Shown here in pieces: positions 1-8,922 of a DNA stretch of 61,406 bases. Below the pieces are notes generated by a model. It was not told where the DNA came from, ran no database searches, and worked only from the letters and a program-made list of their open reading frames with translations. Source of the stretch: a bacterium (GTDB lineage: Bacteria > Patescibacteriota > CPR2 > UBA1875 > CAIMLA01); assembly GCA_037140175.1 (NCBI GenBank), contig JBAXEY010000001.1, positions 1-61,406 of the forward strand, read 5' to 3'. Made by a program: the position numbers and the translations under genes. Numbering within the stretch: position 1 is the first letter of the stretch; each line of letters opens with the position of its first letter.

Positions 1-4
1 ATAT

Positions 5-1087
5 TCAAGCCGCGATAATCCCACCCCCAAGGACCTCACTGCCTTGATAAAAAACTACAGATTGACCAGGAGTAATCGCTGATTGTGCTTGATCTAGATT
101 TACTACTATTTGTTCACCGAAACTCTGGACCTGACAGGCGGTTGTTTTTGCTTGATACCTAATCCGAGCGTCACATACAAATGGCAAAGATGGCTCCCTT
201 CCACTAATCCAACTAACTTTATCTAAAACTAACTTGTCCTTGTACAATTCCTTTTCTGGCCCAATAATAAGTTCATTCTTCTCTCTATTTGAACCAATAA
301 CAAACATCGGCTCTTTATACCCACCACCCAAACCCTTCCGCTGACCAATTGTATAAAATGCCAAACCATTATGCTGGCCTAAAATCTTCCCGGAATTATC
401 GACAATATTGCCTGACTTTGATTTCTTCTTGGTTTTTAAAAAATCTGCTACTGTAGTTGGGATAAAACAAATATCTTGAGACTCTTTTTTTTGCGCCGTG
501 GTCAAGTTATACTTTTTGGCAATCTCTCTAACTTTGGGCTTTGTCATAGCTCCAAGTGGAAATAAAACGTGTTCCAATTGTTTTTGCGTTAGATTATATA
601 AAAAATATGATTGGTCTTTGTTCTCATCCTTGCCTTTAAGTAACCTATACCCAGCCTGATCCTTCACTATTTGGGCATAATGTCCTGTTGCAAGCAGATC
701 AACACCGAACTCCTGAGCCTTCTTCAACAAATAATCAAATTTAATAAGCTTGTTACATCTAACACAAGGATTGGGAGTTTTCCCTTCCTGATATTCCGTT
801 ATGAAATTTTTGATAACATCCTTCTCAAATTCCTTCTCGGCATTAACAACATAATGAGCTACCCCGAGTCTTCCGCAGACGGCTCTCGCATCCCCGATAG
901 CATCTAGGGAGCAACAACTTTTTTCCTTGATTGTATCCGAGTAACAAAAAAGCTTCATCGTAAGGCCGATAACATTTTCCTTACCGTATTCCGCTACCAT
1001 TAGAGCGGTCGCGACAGAAGAGTCAACACCTCCAGACATCGCCACCCCAACCTTAATTTCTTGTATAACTTTTTTATTCATTATCAA
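5..1087 (-). CDS. mnmA: tRNA-specific 2-thiouridylase MnmA
   Basis: 360 aa. N-terminal PP-loop SGGVDSS and NPCVRCN motif, with a full-length MnmA-like layout. Start overlaps the upstream stop by 4 nt. Confidence 0.9.
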   Translation of the reverse strand: MIMNKKVIQEIKVGVAMSGGVDSSVATALMVAEYGKENVIGLTMKLFCYSDTIKEKSCCSLDAIGDARAVCGRLGVAHYVVNAEKEFEKDVIKNFITEYQEGKTPNPCVRCNKLIKFDYLLKKAQEFGVDLLATGHYAQIVKDQAGYRLLKGKDENKDQSYFLYNLTQKQLEHVLFPLGAMTKPKVREIAKKYNLTTAQKKESQDICFIPTTVADFLKTKKKSKSGNIVDNSGKILGQHNGLAFYTIGQRKGLGGGYKEPMFVIGSNREKNELIIGPEKELYKDKLVLDKVSWISGREPSLPFVCDARIRYQAKTTACQVQSFGEQIVVNLDQAQSAITPGQSVVFYQGSEVLGGGIIAA

Positions 1088-1656
1088 AATATTAGTTCAT
1101 AAAAGTTTTTCATAACTTCGCCCAATGTAAGAAAACGAGCATTAGCATTTTCCCACCAGTTTTGTTTCCTCCATGATTGATCTTTGGCTGAATGATTCAC
1201 TACAACATAGTTTTTGCCCAGCTCTGTTTTGAAGCTATTGTAAGCTCTCCTCTGATGATAAGGCGAAGTAACTAGGATAAAGCTTTTATAATTATTATCC
1301 CGCAGAATTTTTGCCACATTTATCGCATTCTCAGTTGTAGTTTTTGATTTTTCTTCAATTAATATTGCCTCGGCTGGTATCCCCTGTCGAACTGCAATTC
1401 TCTTCATCGCCAATGCATTTGAGATTTCTCCGCTAGCCGCAGCTCCAGAAAAAATTATTTTTGGAGCCCACCAATCTCGATATAGGGCGATTCCCTCCCG
1501 AACCCTCAAATCTGTATCCCCTCCCGATATCACCACGATAGCGTCTGTTCGTTTTAATTTGTCTTGAGGAGATAAATAAAAGGAAATCGCGACCGGTATC
1601 AATATAACTAGCCCAATTGCGATTAAGACAGCAATGATTAATTTCCTTAACATCAA
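1084..1656 (-). CDS. DUF218/YdcF-family membrane-anchored protein
   Basis: 190 aa. N-terminal TM helix, then a YdcF-like pattern VVISGG...FSG...SEA-like...TTTENA...LVTSPYHQRRA. Confidence 0.7.
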   Translation of the reverse strand: MMLRKLIIAVLIAIGLVILIPVAISFYLSPQDKLKRTDAIVVISGGDTDLRVREGIALYRDWWAPKIIFSGAAASGEISNALAMKRIAVRQGIPAEAILIEEKSKTTTENAINVAKILRDNNYKSFILVTSPYHQRRAYNSFKTELGKNYVVVNHSAKDQSWRKQNWWENANARFLTLGEVMKNFYELIF

Positions 1657-2609
1657 TTAGTAAATTCTTGAGAAAACATCTTGCCGTACATACCCCCGTC
1701 CATACACCCCAAGCCAACTTTATTAAATTCAGCTGTCAGGATATTCGCCCGATGACCTGGACTATTCATCAAACCATTATGAGCAATCTCCACATCTGGA
1801 GCAAGAGCTAGATTTTCTCCAGCCTGCAGATATTCTATTCCTGCAGAATCCATTCTATTAAATGGCGTTAATCCTTCTGGAGTATTATGAGCAAAATAAC
1901 CTCTCTTAAACATGTCGGTGGAGTGAGCTCTGGCCACCTTTCTCAACTTTTCGTCCATAGTTAGTGGCTTTAGGTTGTGATTTTTGCGTTCTATATTTAA
2001 TAAAACCAGCATCTTCTCCTCTGACTGAGCATCAACCTGGGGACTATCAACCTTAAATCCGAGATCAATGGATTCATTGCTTTGAGGCTTAACTGTTAGA
2101 AAAGTGATCGTGTCATTGATTGCACTTCCAAAAATTTTCTCGATGTAACCTTCTATAATCGGTGATGTTTTGACTATTGGCCCGCCAATCACAGAGCCTG
2201 TTATTTGTTTTTTTGCATAGACAGGAAGTGGCAGGATCAATATCAGACTAAGCATTATCCAAATAAATAAGACCCCGCGAATCATGGCTGGCAACAAGCC
2301 AAAATATTTATTAAATTTTGAATTTACAATCCTCTCTGGAATCTTGTCATAGAAAATAATGAAAAACGTATAATAAACAAACTCAACAACAAACCAAACG
2401 ATAAAAAAACCAGTAGCGTTAGCAAAACTACTGGCGATTGGAAATTTATTAGCCAGGAATCCACCCAGATGCCGGTACAAAGTAAAGGAGAGCAAGATTG
2501 CGACTATAAAAACGATTAGGTCCATAGATTGACGAATAAACCCTCGCCAATATCCAACTAAGGTAAAGCTCAAAAGAAAAATAATGATTATTAAATCTAC
2601 CCAATTCAT
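1653..2609 (-). CDS. CvpA-like membrane domain fused to a CAP/SCP (YkwD-like) domain
   Basis: 318 aa. About 4 N-terminal TM helices. The C-terminal part carries ARAHSTDM...YFAHNTPEG...GENLA...SPGHRANIL, typical of CAP/SCP domains. Confidence 0.6.
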   Translation of the reverse strand: MNWVDLIIIIFLLSFTLVGYWRGFIRQSMDLIVFIVAILLSFTLYRHLGGFLANKFPIASSFANATGFFIVWFVVEFVYYTFFIIFYDKIPERIVNSKFNKYFGLLPAMIRGVLFIWIMLSLILILPLPVYAKKQITGSVIGGPIVKTSPIIEGYIEKIFGSAINDTITFLTVKPQSNESIDLGFKVDSPQVDAQSEEKMLVLLNIERKNHNLKPLTMDEKLRKVARAHSTDMFKRGYFAHNTPEGLTPFNRMDSAGIEYLQAGENLALAPDVEIAHNGLMNSPGHRANILTAEFNKVGLGCMDGGMYGKMFSQEFTN

Positions 2610-2631
2610 ATCTAACCATTCTATCAGATAA

Positions 2632-4827
2632 TTATATTTTTTTGAATTTTAAAAGAAGTGAATTTGTCACAACAGAAACGCTAGAAAAGGCCATCGCTAA
2701 GCCCGCCAACTCCGGTTTTAAGACTATCCCCCAGATCGGATATAAAAGCCCAACCGCTATTGGAATACCAATAATATTATAAATAAAGGCCCAAAATAAA
2801 TTTTGCTTTATCTTTGCCATAGTAAATCTTGATAATTTAATTGCTGAGAGAACATCTTCCAAATTATCTTTAACCAAGATAATATCACCTGCTTCAATCG
2901 CGACGTCAGTTCCACTGCCCAGCGCAATACCAACATCAGCTTGGGTCAGGGCAATAGAATCGTTGATGCCATCACCAACCATAGCAACAATTCGCCCCTC
3001 TTCTTGTAGTCTTTTTACTTCTTTCGCTTTGTTTTGAGGCAAAACGCCTGCCAAAACCTTTGTGATTCCGACCTGGCCCGCAATAACCTCAGCCGAAACC
3101 TTGTTATCACCCGTAATCATAATTGCCTCGATATGTAACTTTTTCAATGCCGTTACCACCTTAAGTGAGTTACTCCTCACTTGATCCGCAACAGCAATAA
3201 TTCCCAACGCATTGGATTTGCTTGCCAAAATCATGATAGTTTTGCCATCCTTTTCCAAATTCTCAGCCTCAACCTCAAAGAGACTAATCGAGATCTTGTT
3301 TTCCCTAATTAATTTTTTATTACCTAAAAGGTATTTTTTTCCATCAATGTTCCCTGAAACCCCGTGGCCAGTGAGAGATTCAAACCCACTTACATCAGCC
3401 AGATCTAGTTTTTCTGAAACTGATTTTTTTATAATTGCGTCAGCTAACGGGTGCTCACTTAACTTCTCCAAAGAAGCCGCAATTAATAAAACTGTCCTCA
3501 CATCAGGAGCAATAATATCAGTGACCTCTGGCTCTCCTTTGGTGAGTGTTCCTGTTTTATCAAAAACAATAGTATTAACTTTGCGGGTAGCCTCTAAGGC
3601 CTCACCTGATTTGATCAAGATCCCTCTAGCGGCTCCTTTGCCTGTCCCAACCATAATAGCCGTAGGAGTCGCCAGTCCAAGGGCACAAGGACACGCAATA
3701 ACCAAAACCGAGATCCCAGACATCAAGGAAAAAATCAAATCTTGGCCAATTATGAACCAACCCAAAAACGTGAGAAGAGAAATGCCTATAATGGTAGGAA
3801 CAAAATATGATGAGATACGGTCCGCTACTCTCTGGATTGGAGCTTTGGATCCTTGAGCTTCTTCGATTAATCTTATTATCTGGGAAAGGAATGTTCCTTC
3901 TCCAACCTTCGTTGCCCTTAACTCAATAGATCCATTCTTATTGAAGGTAGCCCCGACCACATCACTCCCTATCCTCTTTTCCACAGGAAATGGTTCTCCT
4001 GAAATCATCGACTCATCTATTGTCGTAAGTCCTTTTGTGACCACCCCATCTATCGGTATTTTTTCACCGGGCTTAACAAAAATTAAATCGCCAATTTTAA
4101 CCTCATCGATTGGTATGTTTTTTTCCTTACCATCGACTATGACGCGCGCAGTTTTCGCCTTTAGTCCCATTAATTTTTTGATTGCTTGGCTAGTTTTGCC
4201 TTTAGCTCTCTCCTCTAAAAGTTTTCCTAGTAAAATAAATGTGATTAACAGGGCCGCAGTCTCGTAATAGACATCCCCAGATAACCAAAAGGTATTCAAT
4301 ACTGAATAAAAATAGGCCGCACTCGTTCCCAAAACAATAAGTGTGTCCATGTTAGTTGTTTTTGCTTTTGCGGCCTTGTAAGCCCCCTTATAAAATTGCC
4401 AGCCAGCAAAAAACTGGACAGGAGTAGTGAGCAAAAAAAGGATTAATTTCCTTCCCGAAAAGTCCATTAGTATCTCTGCATTTATTCCAAACAACATCAA
4501 TAATTGAGGCATAGAGATTATCAATATTGGTATTGATAGAATAAGAGCAATAATAAATCGGCTGAAGACTTTCCTGTATGATTGCTCTTTGTCAGACTCA
4601 ATTTCTTTTGCAGTCATATTTGCTTTGGCAGTATATCCAGCCTTCTCAACAACCTTTATCAAGTGTTCTGATTGAATGGATGGATCAGCAAGCTCTATTG
4701 TTGCCTTGGCGGTCGCATAGTTAACATTTGCGGATTTGATTCCATCCTCTTTTTTTAAAGCATTTTCTATATTTAGAGCACAGCTCGCGCAGTGCATATC
4801 TGTGATATCTAATTTGATTGTTTCCAT
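2632..4827 (-). CDS. copA: copper-translocating P1B-type ATPase
   Basis: 731 aa. N-terminal HMA motif MHCASC, membrane CPC motif ([11 protein letters not shown]), phosphorylation site DKTGTLT and hinge GDGINDS. Confidence 0.9.
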   Translation of the reverse strand: METIKLDITDMHCASCALNIENALKKEDGIKSANVNYATAKATIELADPSIQSEHLIKVVEKAGYTAKANMTAKEIESDKEQSYRKVFSRFIIALILSIPILIISMPQLLMLFGINAEILMDFSGRKLILFLLTTPVQFFAGWQFYKGAYKAAKAKTTNMDTLIVLGTSAAYFYSVLNTFWLSGDVYYETAALLITFILLGKLLEERAKGKTSQAIKKLMGLKAKTARVIVDGKEKNIPIDEVKIGDLIFVKPGEKIPIDGVVTKGLTTIDESMISGEPFPVEKRIGSDVVGATFNKNGSIELRATKVGEGTFLSQIIRLIEEAQGSKAPIQRVADRISSYFVPTIIGISLLTFLGWFIIGQDLIFSLMSGISVLVIACPCALGLATPTAIMVGTGKGAARGILIKSGEALEATRKVNTIVFDKTGTLTKGEPEVTDIIAPDVRTVLLIAASLEKLSEHPLADAIIKKSVSEKLDLADVSGFESLTGHGVSGNIDGKKYLLGNKKLIRENKISISLFEVEAENLEKDGKTIMILASKSNALGIIAVADQVRSNSLKVVTALKKLHIEAIMITGDNKVSAEVIAGQVGITKVLAGVLPQNKAKEVKRLQEEGRIVAMVGDGINDSIALTQADVGIALGSGTDVAIEAGDIILVKDNLEDVLSAIKLSRFTMAKIKQNLFWAFIYNIIGIPIAVGLLYPIWGIVLKPELAGLAMAFSSVSVVTNSLLLKFKKI

Positions 4828-4836
4828 GACTTTCTC

Positions 4837-6192
4837 CTAAGGAATTACTTCAAAAGTGCCGCTATACATGCCCATAGAGCATGAAAATCTTATCTTCCCT
4901 ACTTGTTCCGGAGTAAATTCGATAACATTCTCTTTTTGATCCAGAAATTTTTTTATATTTAGTTCTGGAACAGTCAAAAAGCTTGAACAAGAACCAATAT
5001 CATTAGCTGTAATCAGCCATTTTGTCGGAATCCCTCTTTTCAAAACAAAATAATTAGGGCTGTATTTTGTCGCAAATTGATCCATTTTAATTATTTGTTT
5101 CCCGTCCACCACTGGAGCAGACTCAGGGTCATTATCAGACTGGGCAGATTTCTGGTTACTTTCAAGTTTCGGAATAGTAACTCCGGCCTGTGTCAAGCCA
5201 TGCCCCAGATTGATACAAGCTAAAAAGATTAATAGGAGTCCAACTGTTTTAAAGAAAATCTTAGAAATATTCCCTTCCTTTAGAAAGGCCGAAAGGCTTC
5301 CAATTGTAATTAGTCCTGGAGTGGTACCTAGGGCAAATACTCCCATCATTATTGCTCCAGTGGTAAATTTACCCGATGCAAGGGCAAAGACTTGGACAGC
5401 TTGAGTAAAGCCACAAGGCAAAAAAAACGTTAAACCTCCCAGGGCAAACGCATTAGTATTCGTATAAGCCTGGTTGCTTTTTTCTCCAATCTTAAATTTC
5501 TTGCTGATTGATTTTGGTAGAGTCAAACGGTCAATCAGATTCGGGAAAAACCCAAGTAATTTGATGCCCAGAAATAAAAGATATATACCCAAGATTAAGG
5601 TTATTATCGCTAGCGAAAAGCCTGACAATTGCAAAACTGATCCGCCCAAACCTAAAATCCCACCAAAAATAGAAAAAAGTACAATCCTACCAAGATTAAA
5701 TATCAGCTGTGGTTTAATCTTTTGGAGTGGTTTTAAATCTGGATGTTGATTTGAATACTTGCTAGAGATACCCAGGACTAGCCCCCCCACCACTGCCATG
5801 CAGGTTGAAAAGCCAGCCGCCAATCCTACCAAAAAAACGGTTATTATGCTAGAACCTATCTTTGGTTTGGCAGAGAAAATATTAATTATGTTTGTTTCAT
5901 AGCCAACTATAAGTAGGGTACCAAAAATCAACAAAGCAATCATAAAGTTTCTATAATCATAGTCAGGTGCCACTTTTGTACCTGCTTTACTCTTGCTTAA
6001 TCTATACTCAGTTTCCTTAATCTTTTTACTAATCGTCTCATCTGAAACTTCATTTTTAGATTCAATCAAAAGTTGTCCTTTTTTCGAATCTGCGGTAACC
6101 TTACTAACTCCAGGAATCTGACCAACCTTTTCTTCGATTAGTATTTCACATGAACGACAATGCATACCCTCTATATCATAGTTTGTTTTCAT
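4837..6192 (-). CDS. HMA-domain / polytopic membrane (TauE/SafE- or DsbD_2-like) / C-terminal cupredoxin-like metal-handling protein
   Basis: 451 aa. N-terminal GMHCRSC HMA motif, about 6 TM helices with FLPCGFTQ, and a soluble roughly 100-aa C-terminal beta-rich domain. Lies 9 nt upstream of copA. Confidence 0.5.
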   Translation of the reverse strand: MKTNYDIEGMHCRSCEILIEEKVGQIPGVSKVTADSKKGQLLIESKNEVSDETISKKIKETEYRLSKSKAGTKVAPDYDYRNFMIALLIFGTLLIVGYETNIINIFSAKPKIGSSIITVFLVGLAAGFSTCMAVVGGLVLGISSKYSNQHPDLKPLQKIKPQLIFNLGRIVLFSIFGGILGLGGSVLQLSGFSLAIITLILGIYLLFLGIKLLGFFPNLIDRLTLPKSISKKFKIGEKSNQAYTNTNAFALGGLTFFLPCGFTQAVQVFALASGKFTTGAIMMGVFALGTTPGLITIGSLSAFLKEGNISKIFFKTVGLLLIFLACINLGHGLTQAGVTIPKLESNQKSAQSDNDPESAPVVDGKQIIKMDQFATKYSPNYFVLKRGIPTKWLITANDIGSCSSFLTVPELNIKKFLDQKENVIEFTPEQVGKIRFSCSMGMYSGTFEVIP

Positions 6193-6197
6193 TTTTC

Positions 6198-6587
6198 CTA
6201 CTTTTTGGATCGATAGTTATTTATGGCATCATGGAGAGCATTCGCTGCTAGATTCGAGCAGTGCATCTTAACGGGGGGCAGCCCTTCAAGTGCGTCAGCG
6301 ACGGCCTGGTTTGAAATTTTTTCTGCTTCATCTATGGTTTTGCCCTTAACCATTTCTGTAACCATGCTCGATGAAGCTACTGCCGCCCCACAACCGAATG
6401 TTTGAAATTTTATATCTTTAATTATCTCCTGACCTTTATTGTTTTTTTCAATTTTCAGATATATCTTCATGATATCGCCACAAGTCGGATTGCCCGTCTC
6501 CCCAACTCCATCCGCGTTTTTTATTTCCCCGACGTTCCTTGGGTTCATAAAATGATCCATTACCTTTTTGCCATATAAATCTGCCAT
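6198..6587 (-). CDS. nifU: Fe-S cluster scaffold protein, NifU N-terminal/IscU type
   Basis: 129 aa. Three conserved cluster-ligand Cys in the contexts GNPTCGD, FGCGAA and HCSNLA. Confidence 0.85.
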   Translation of the reverse strand: MADLYGKKVMDHFMNPRNVGEIKNADGVGETGNPTCGDIMKIYLKIEKNNKGQEIIKDIKFQTFGCGAAVASSSMVTEMVKGKTIDEAEKISNQAVADALEGLPPVKMHCSNLAANALHDAINNYRSKK

Positions 6588-6599
6588 AATTAACTCCTT

Positions 6600-7802
6600 T
6601 TATTTTATCGGTGATATTTTTCTTAATTTATCTACAATCGAGGGAAGATTTTTTAAAAGCTCGTCTATATCTTCTTTTGCGCTTAGCTTGCCCAAAGAAA
6701 AACGAACTGCTCCGTGAGCCTCTAAGTCGGAGAAACCAATCGCAGATGTTACGTGTGATGGTTCGAGCGAGCCTGAAGTACAAGCAGAACCACTTGAGGC
6801 GGCTATATTAACTAAATCAAGGTTGATTAAGATTGATTCGCCCTCAACTTTTTTGAATATAAAAGTAGCTATATGCGGTAGCCTCTTTGTCACATCTTTC
6901 GGCCCAAGAAGTTCGGTTTCTTTTATCCCCCTCAACACACCAGCGATAAGATAGTCACATAATTTGGATACATGTTTTTCGTTTTTCTCTCGCTCCTTAT
7001 CGACAATCTCCATCGCTTTTACCATCCCAACAATGTATGGTACATTCTCAGTCCCCGCCCGTTGATTTCGTTCCTGTGCTCCACCTTGCTGTTGAGGTAG
7101 CATTCTTGTCCCTTGTCGTAGATATAAAAGGCCTACTCCCTTCGGCCCATAAAATTTATGAGCCGTGAGGCTAAGCATATCAACGCCTAGTTTATTTACG
7201 TTACAATCAAAGTATTGGTATGACTGGACAGCATCTGTATGGAAAACAAGTGGAGCCTTGTTTTCTCTGGCCAGTCTGTCTTCTCTTATTCTCTTTATGA
7301 CTTGCCCGATTTTGACGATTGGCTGGATTGTGCCAATTTCATTATTTCCGTACATAACGGAGACAAAAACAGTATTTTCTTTAATCAACTCCCTAACCAC
7401 CTCCGGATCAATTCGCCCATCCCTGTCGACTGGAATAAAGTCGAGCTCATAGCCAAAATATTTTTCTAAATATTTAGCCGCATCTAGCATCGAATGATGT
7501 TCAACAGACGAAACCAAAAGGTGAGGTTTAATTCCTAAAACCCGACCAGCGTAGAAGGCAACACCTTTGATGGCCAAATTATTTGACTCGCTTGCTCCTG
7601 ACGTAAAAATAATTTCACCAGGTCTATCAGCCCCGAGTAATTTTTGTGACAAATGGCGAGCTTGGCAAAGGCTTTCTTTGGCTTCTCGTCCTATTTTGTA
7701 GATACTTGAGGGGTTTCCAAACTTATCCGAAAAATATGGCTCCATATTTTTTAAAACTATTGGACTAACGGGGGTTGTTGCCGCGTGGTCAAAATATATC
7801 AT
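6600..7802 (-). CDS. nifS: cysteine desulfurase (NifS/IscS class)
   Basis: 400 aa. PLP-lysine context SLTAHKFYGPKGVG and active-site loop SSGSACTS. Confidence 0.9.
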   Translation of the reverse strand: MIYFDHAATTPVSPIVLKNMEPYFSDKFGNPSSIYKIGREAKESLCQARHLSQKLLGADRPGEIIFTSGASESNNLAIKGVAFYAGRVLGIKPHLLVSSVEHHSMLDAAKYLEKYFGYELDFIPVDRDGRIDPEVVRELIKENTVFVSVMYGNNEIGTIQPIVKIGQVIKRIREDRLARENKAPLVFHTDAVQSYQYFDCNVNKLGVDMLSLTAHKFYGPKGVGLLYLRQGTRMLPQQQGGAQERNQRAGTENVPYIVGMVKAMEIVDKEREKNEKHVSKLCDYLIAGVLRGIKETELLGPKDVTKRLPHIATFIFKKVEGESILINLDLVNIAASSGSACTSGSLEPSHVTSAIGFSDLEAHGAVRFSLGKLSAKEDIDELLKNLPSIVDKLRKISPIK

Positions 7803-8017
7803 GCTTTCTTCCTTTTAATGACTCCTAAACAAGCCTTGCATTCATGTACCTTATCCATTTCCATGTTTTGAATTTTTTTATAATCTTCATAACAAATCAA
7901 GACGCCTACTGGGTCTGAGTATCTCAAGATTACAATGCCCTCATCCTTTTTCAGATTTTTTAGAATCTTTGATGCGTCATTGGCCAGTTCATTTGTTGAA
8001 ATAAATTTTTCTCTCAT
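7799..8017 (-). CDS. small Phd/YefM-like (antitoxin-fold) protein, no cognate toxin seen
   Basis: 72 aa. FISTNELANDASKILKNL...GIVILRYSDPVGVLICYEDYKKI follows the Phd/YefM N-domain pattern. SD GGGAG lies upstream. The stop overlaps the nifS ATG as ATGA. Confidence 0.45.
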   Translation of the reverse strand: MREKFISTNELANDASKILKNLKKDEGIVILRYSDPVGVLICYEDYKKIQNMEMDKVHECKACLGVIKRKKA

Positions 8018-8049
8018 CTTCTCTCCCGTTTTATATGTAACTAAATATA

Positions 8050-8081
8050 TTAAAGTTACCCTGAATGTAGGGTAACTTTAA
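8050..8081 (-). promoter_or_regulatory. perfect 13-bp inverted repeat (6-nt spacer), operator and/or terminator hairpin
   Basis: TTAAAGTTACCCT-gaatgt-AGGGTAACTTTAA. A third GTTACC half-site is at 8083-8089. On the minus strand a TTGACA lies at 8097-8092, 17 nt before the left arm. Confidence 0.5.
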
Positions 8082-8097
8082 TGGTAACTCTTGTCAA

Positions 8098-8922
8098 CTA
8101 TTTTTTTACTTGAAAAGTATCTAGAACTGGCTTTATTTCCTTAAACTGTGACGCAAGGTCAGTTGGTGTTGCTTGGGCGCTTGACCAAGCAAAAACGTAT
8201 TTATCATTCTGGCCAAGATATGTGGGTTTTATCCCTTCGGAGTTTTTGACTGTATCCCATTGTGCTTGAGTCAAAACAGAAATAGCAAACATAGAGGCAT
8301 AGCCAGGATCACTTGAGCTCCCCTCGGCATAGGCGGCATCCTTAGTTGGCAACTCCGCATATAAAACAATGCTTCCATCATCCATAGCTTTTTTGTAAAA
8401 CTTATAGCCAGACCAAGAACTAGGAAAGGTAAGGCTGAAGCCATATTCAGAATTTTCATAAGCTAGTGAGTTTTTCTCGGTGGTAAATTCCTTGGAAACC
8501 CAACCAGTCTGTCCGCTATATTCTACTTTGTACCAACCATCTTTTTCCTCCAAAACAATTAGCTTGGTATCGTTTGGAATGGTTGCTATTTTTTCAGCAG
8601 TAGGGGCTGGTTCTTTGCGTAAGTTTAGCCCACCCTCTGCATTGACATAAATTGTTTTTTGAGTCGTCGTTTCTGTTTTTTTTGCTTCTGGAGACGTCTG
8701 GATTTTTTGTTCGTCTTGCTTCAAGTCTTTATCGGCTTGATATGTTCTCCAGATAGCATAGCCTCCTCCAGCCAACACCAACAAAACGATAATGGCGCCG
8801 ATTACCCACCAAAGTGTTTTACTCTTCCCTCGAGCCTCTTTGATCTCTCCCTTTAAATCCGCTTCACCGCTCTCATCTTCCTTCATAAGATCTTCGATTG
8901 TTTCTTTGTGCTTTTTATTCAT
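8098..8922 (-). CDS. membrane-anchored SH3b-domain protein
   Basis: Start refined to MNKKHK (8922), which overlaps the upstream stop by 8 nt. One TM helix, then SH3b-like GGLNLRKEP...DGWYKVEYSGQTGWVSKEF. Paralogue of 24704-25543. Confidence 0.6.
   Translation of the reverse strand: MNKKHKETIEDLMKEDESGEADLKGEIKEARGKSKTLWWVIGAIIVLLVLAGGGYAIWRTYQADKDLKQDEQKIQTSPEAKKTETTTQKTIYVNAEGGLNLRKEPAPTAEKIATIPNDTKLIVLEEKDGWYKVEYSGQTGWVSKEFTTEKNSLAYENSEYGFSLTFPSSWSGYKFYKKAMDDGSIVLYAELPTKDAAYAEGSSSDPGYASMFAISVLTQAQWDTVKNSEGIKPTYLGQNDKYVFAWSSAQATPTDLASQFKEIKPVLDTFQVKK

Noticed and set aside
1433-1717. A 94-aa minus-strand ORF spanning the DUF218/CvpA gene junction in another frame.
   Set aside because: It overlaps two better-supported genes, has Arg/Gly/Trp-rich composition and has no start context.
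3212-4267. Plus-strand ORFs of 108-214 aa inside copA. Similar antisense ORFs occur inside many other long minus-strand genes, for example 19472-19939, 22645-22932, 23245-23592, 24310-24684, 26646-27002, 54592-54912 and 58043-58564.
   Set aside because: They lie entirely within well-supported genes on the opposite strand and have low-complexity or odd composition. None has an SD, promoter or recognisable motif. They are shadow ORFs.
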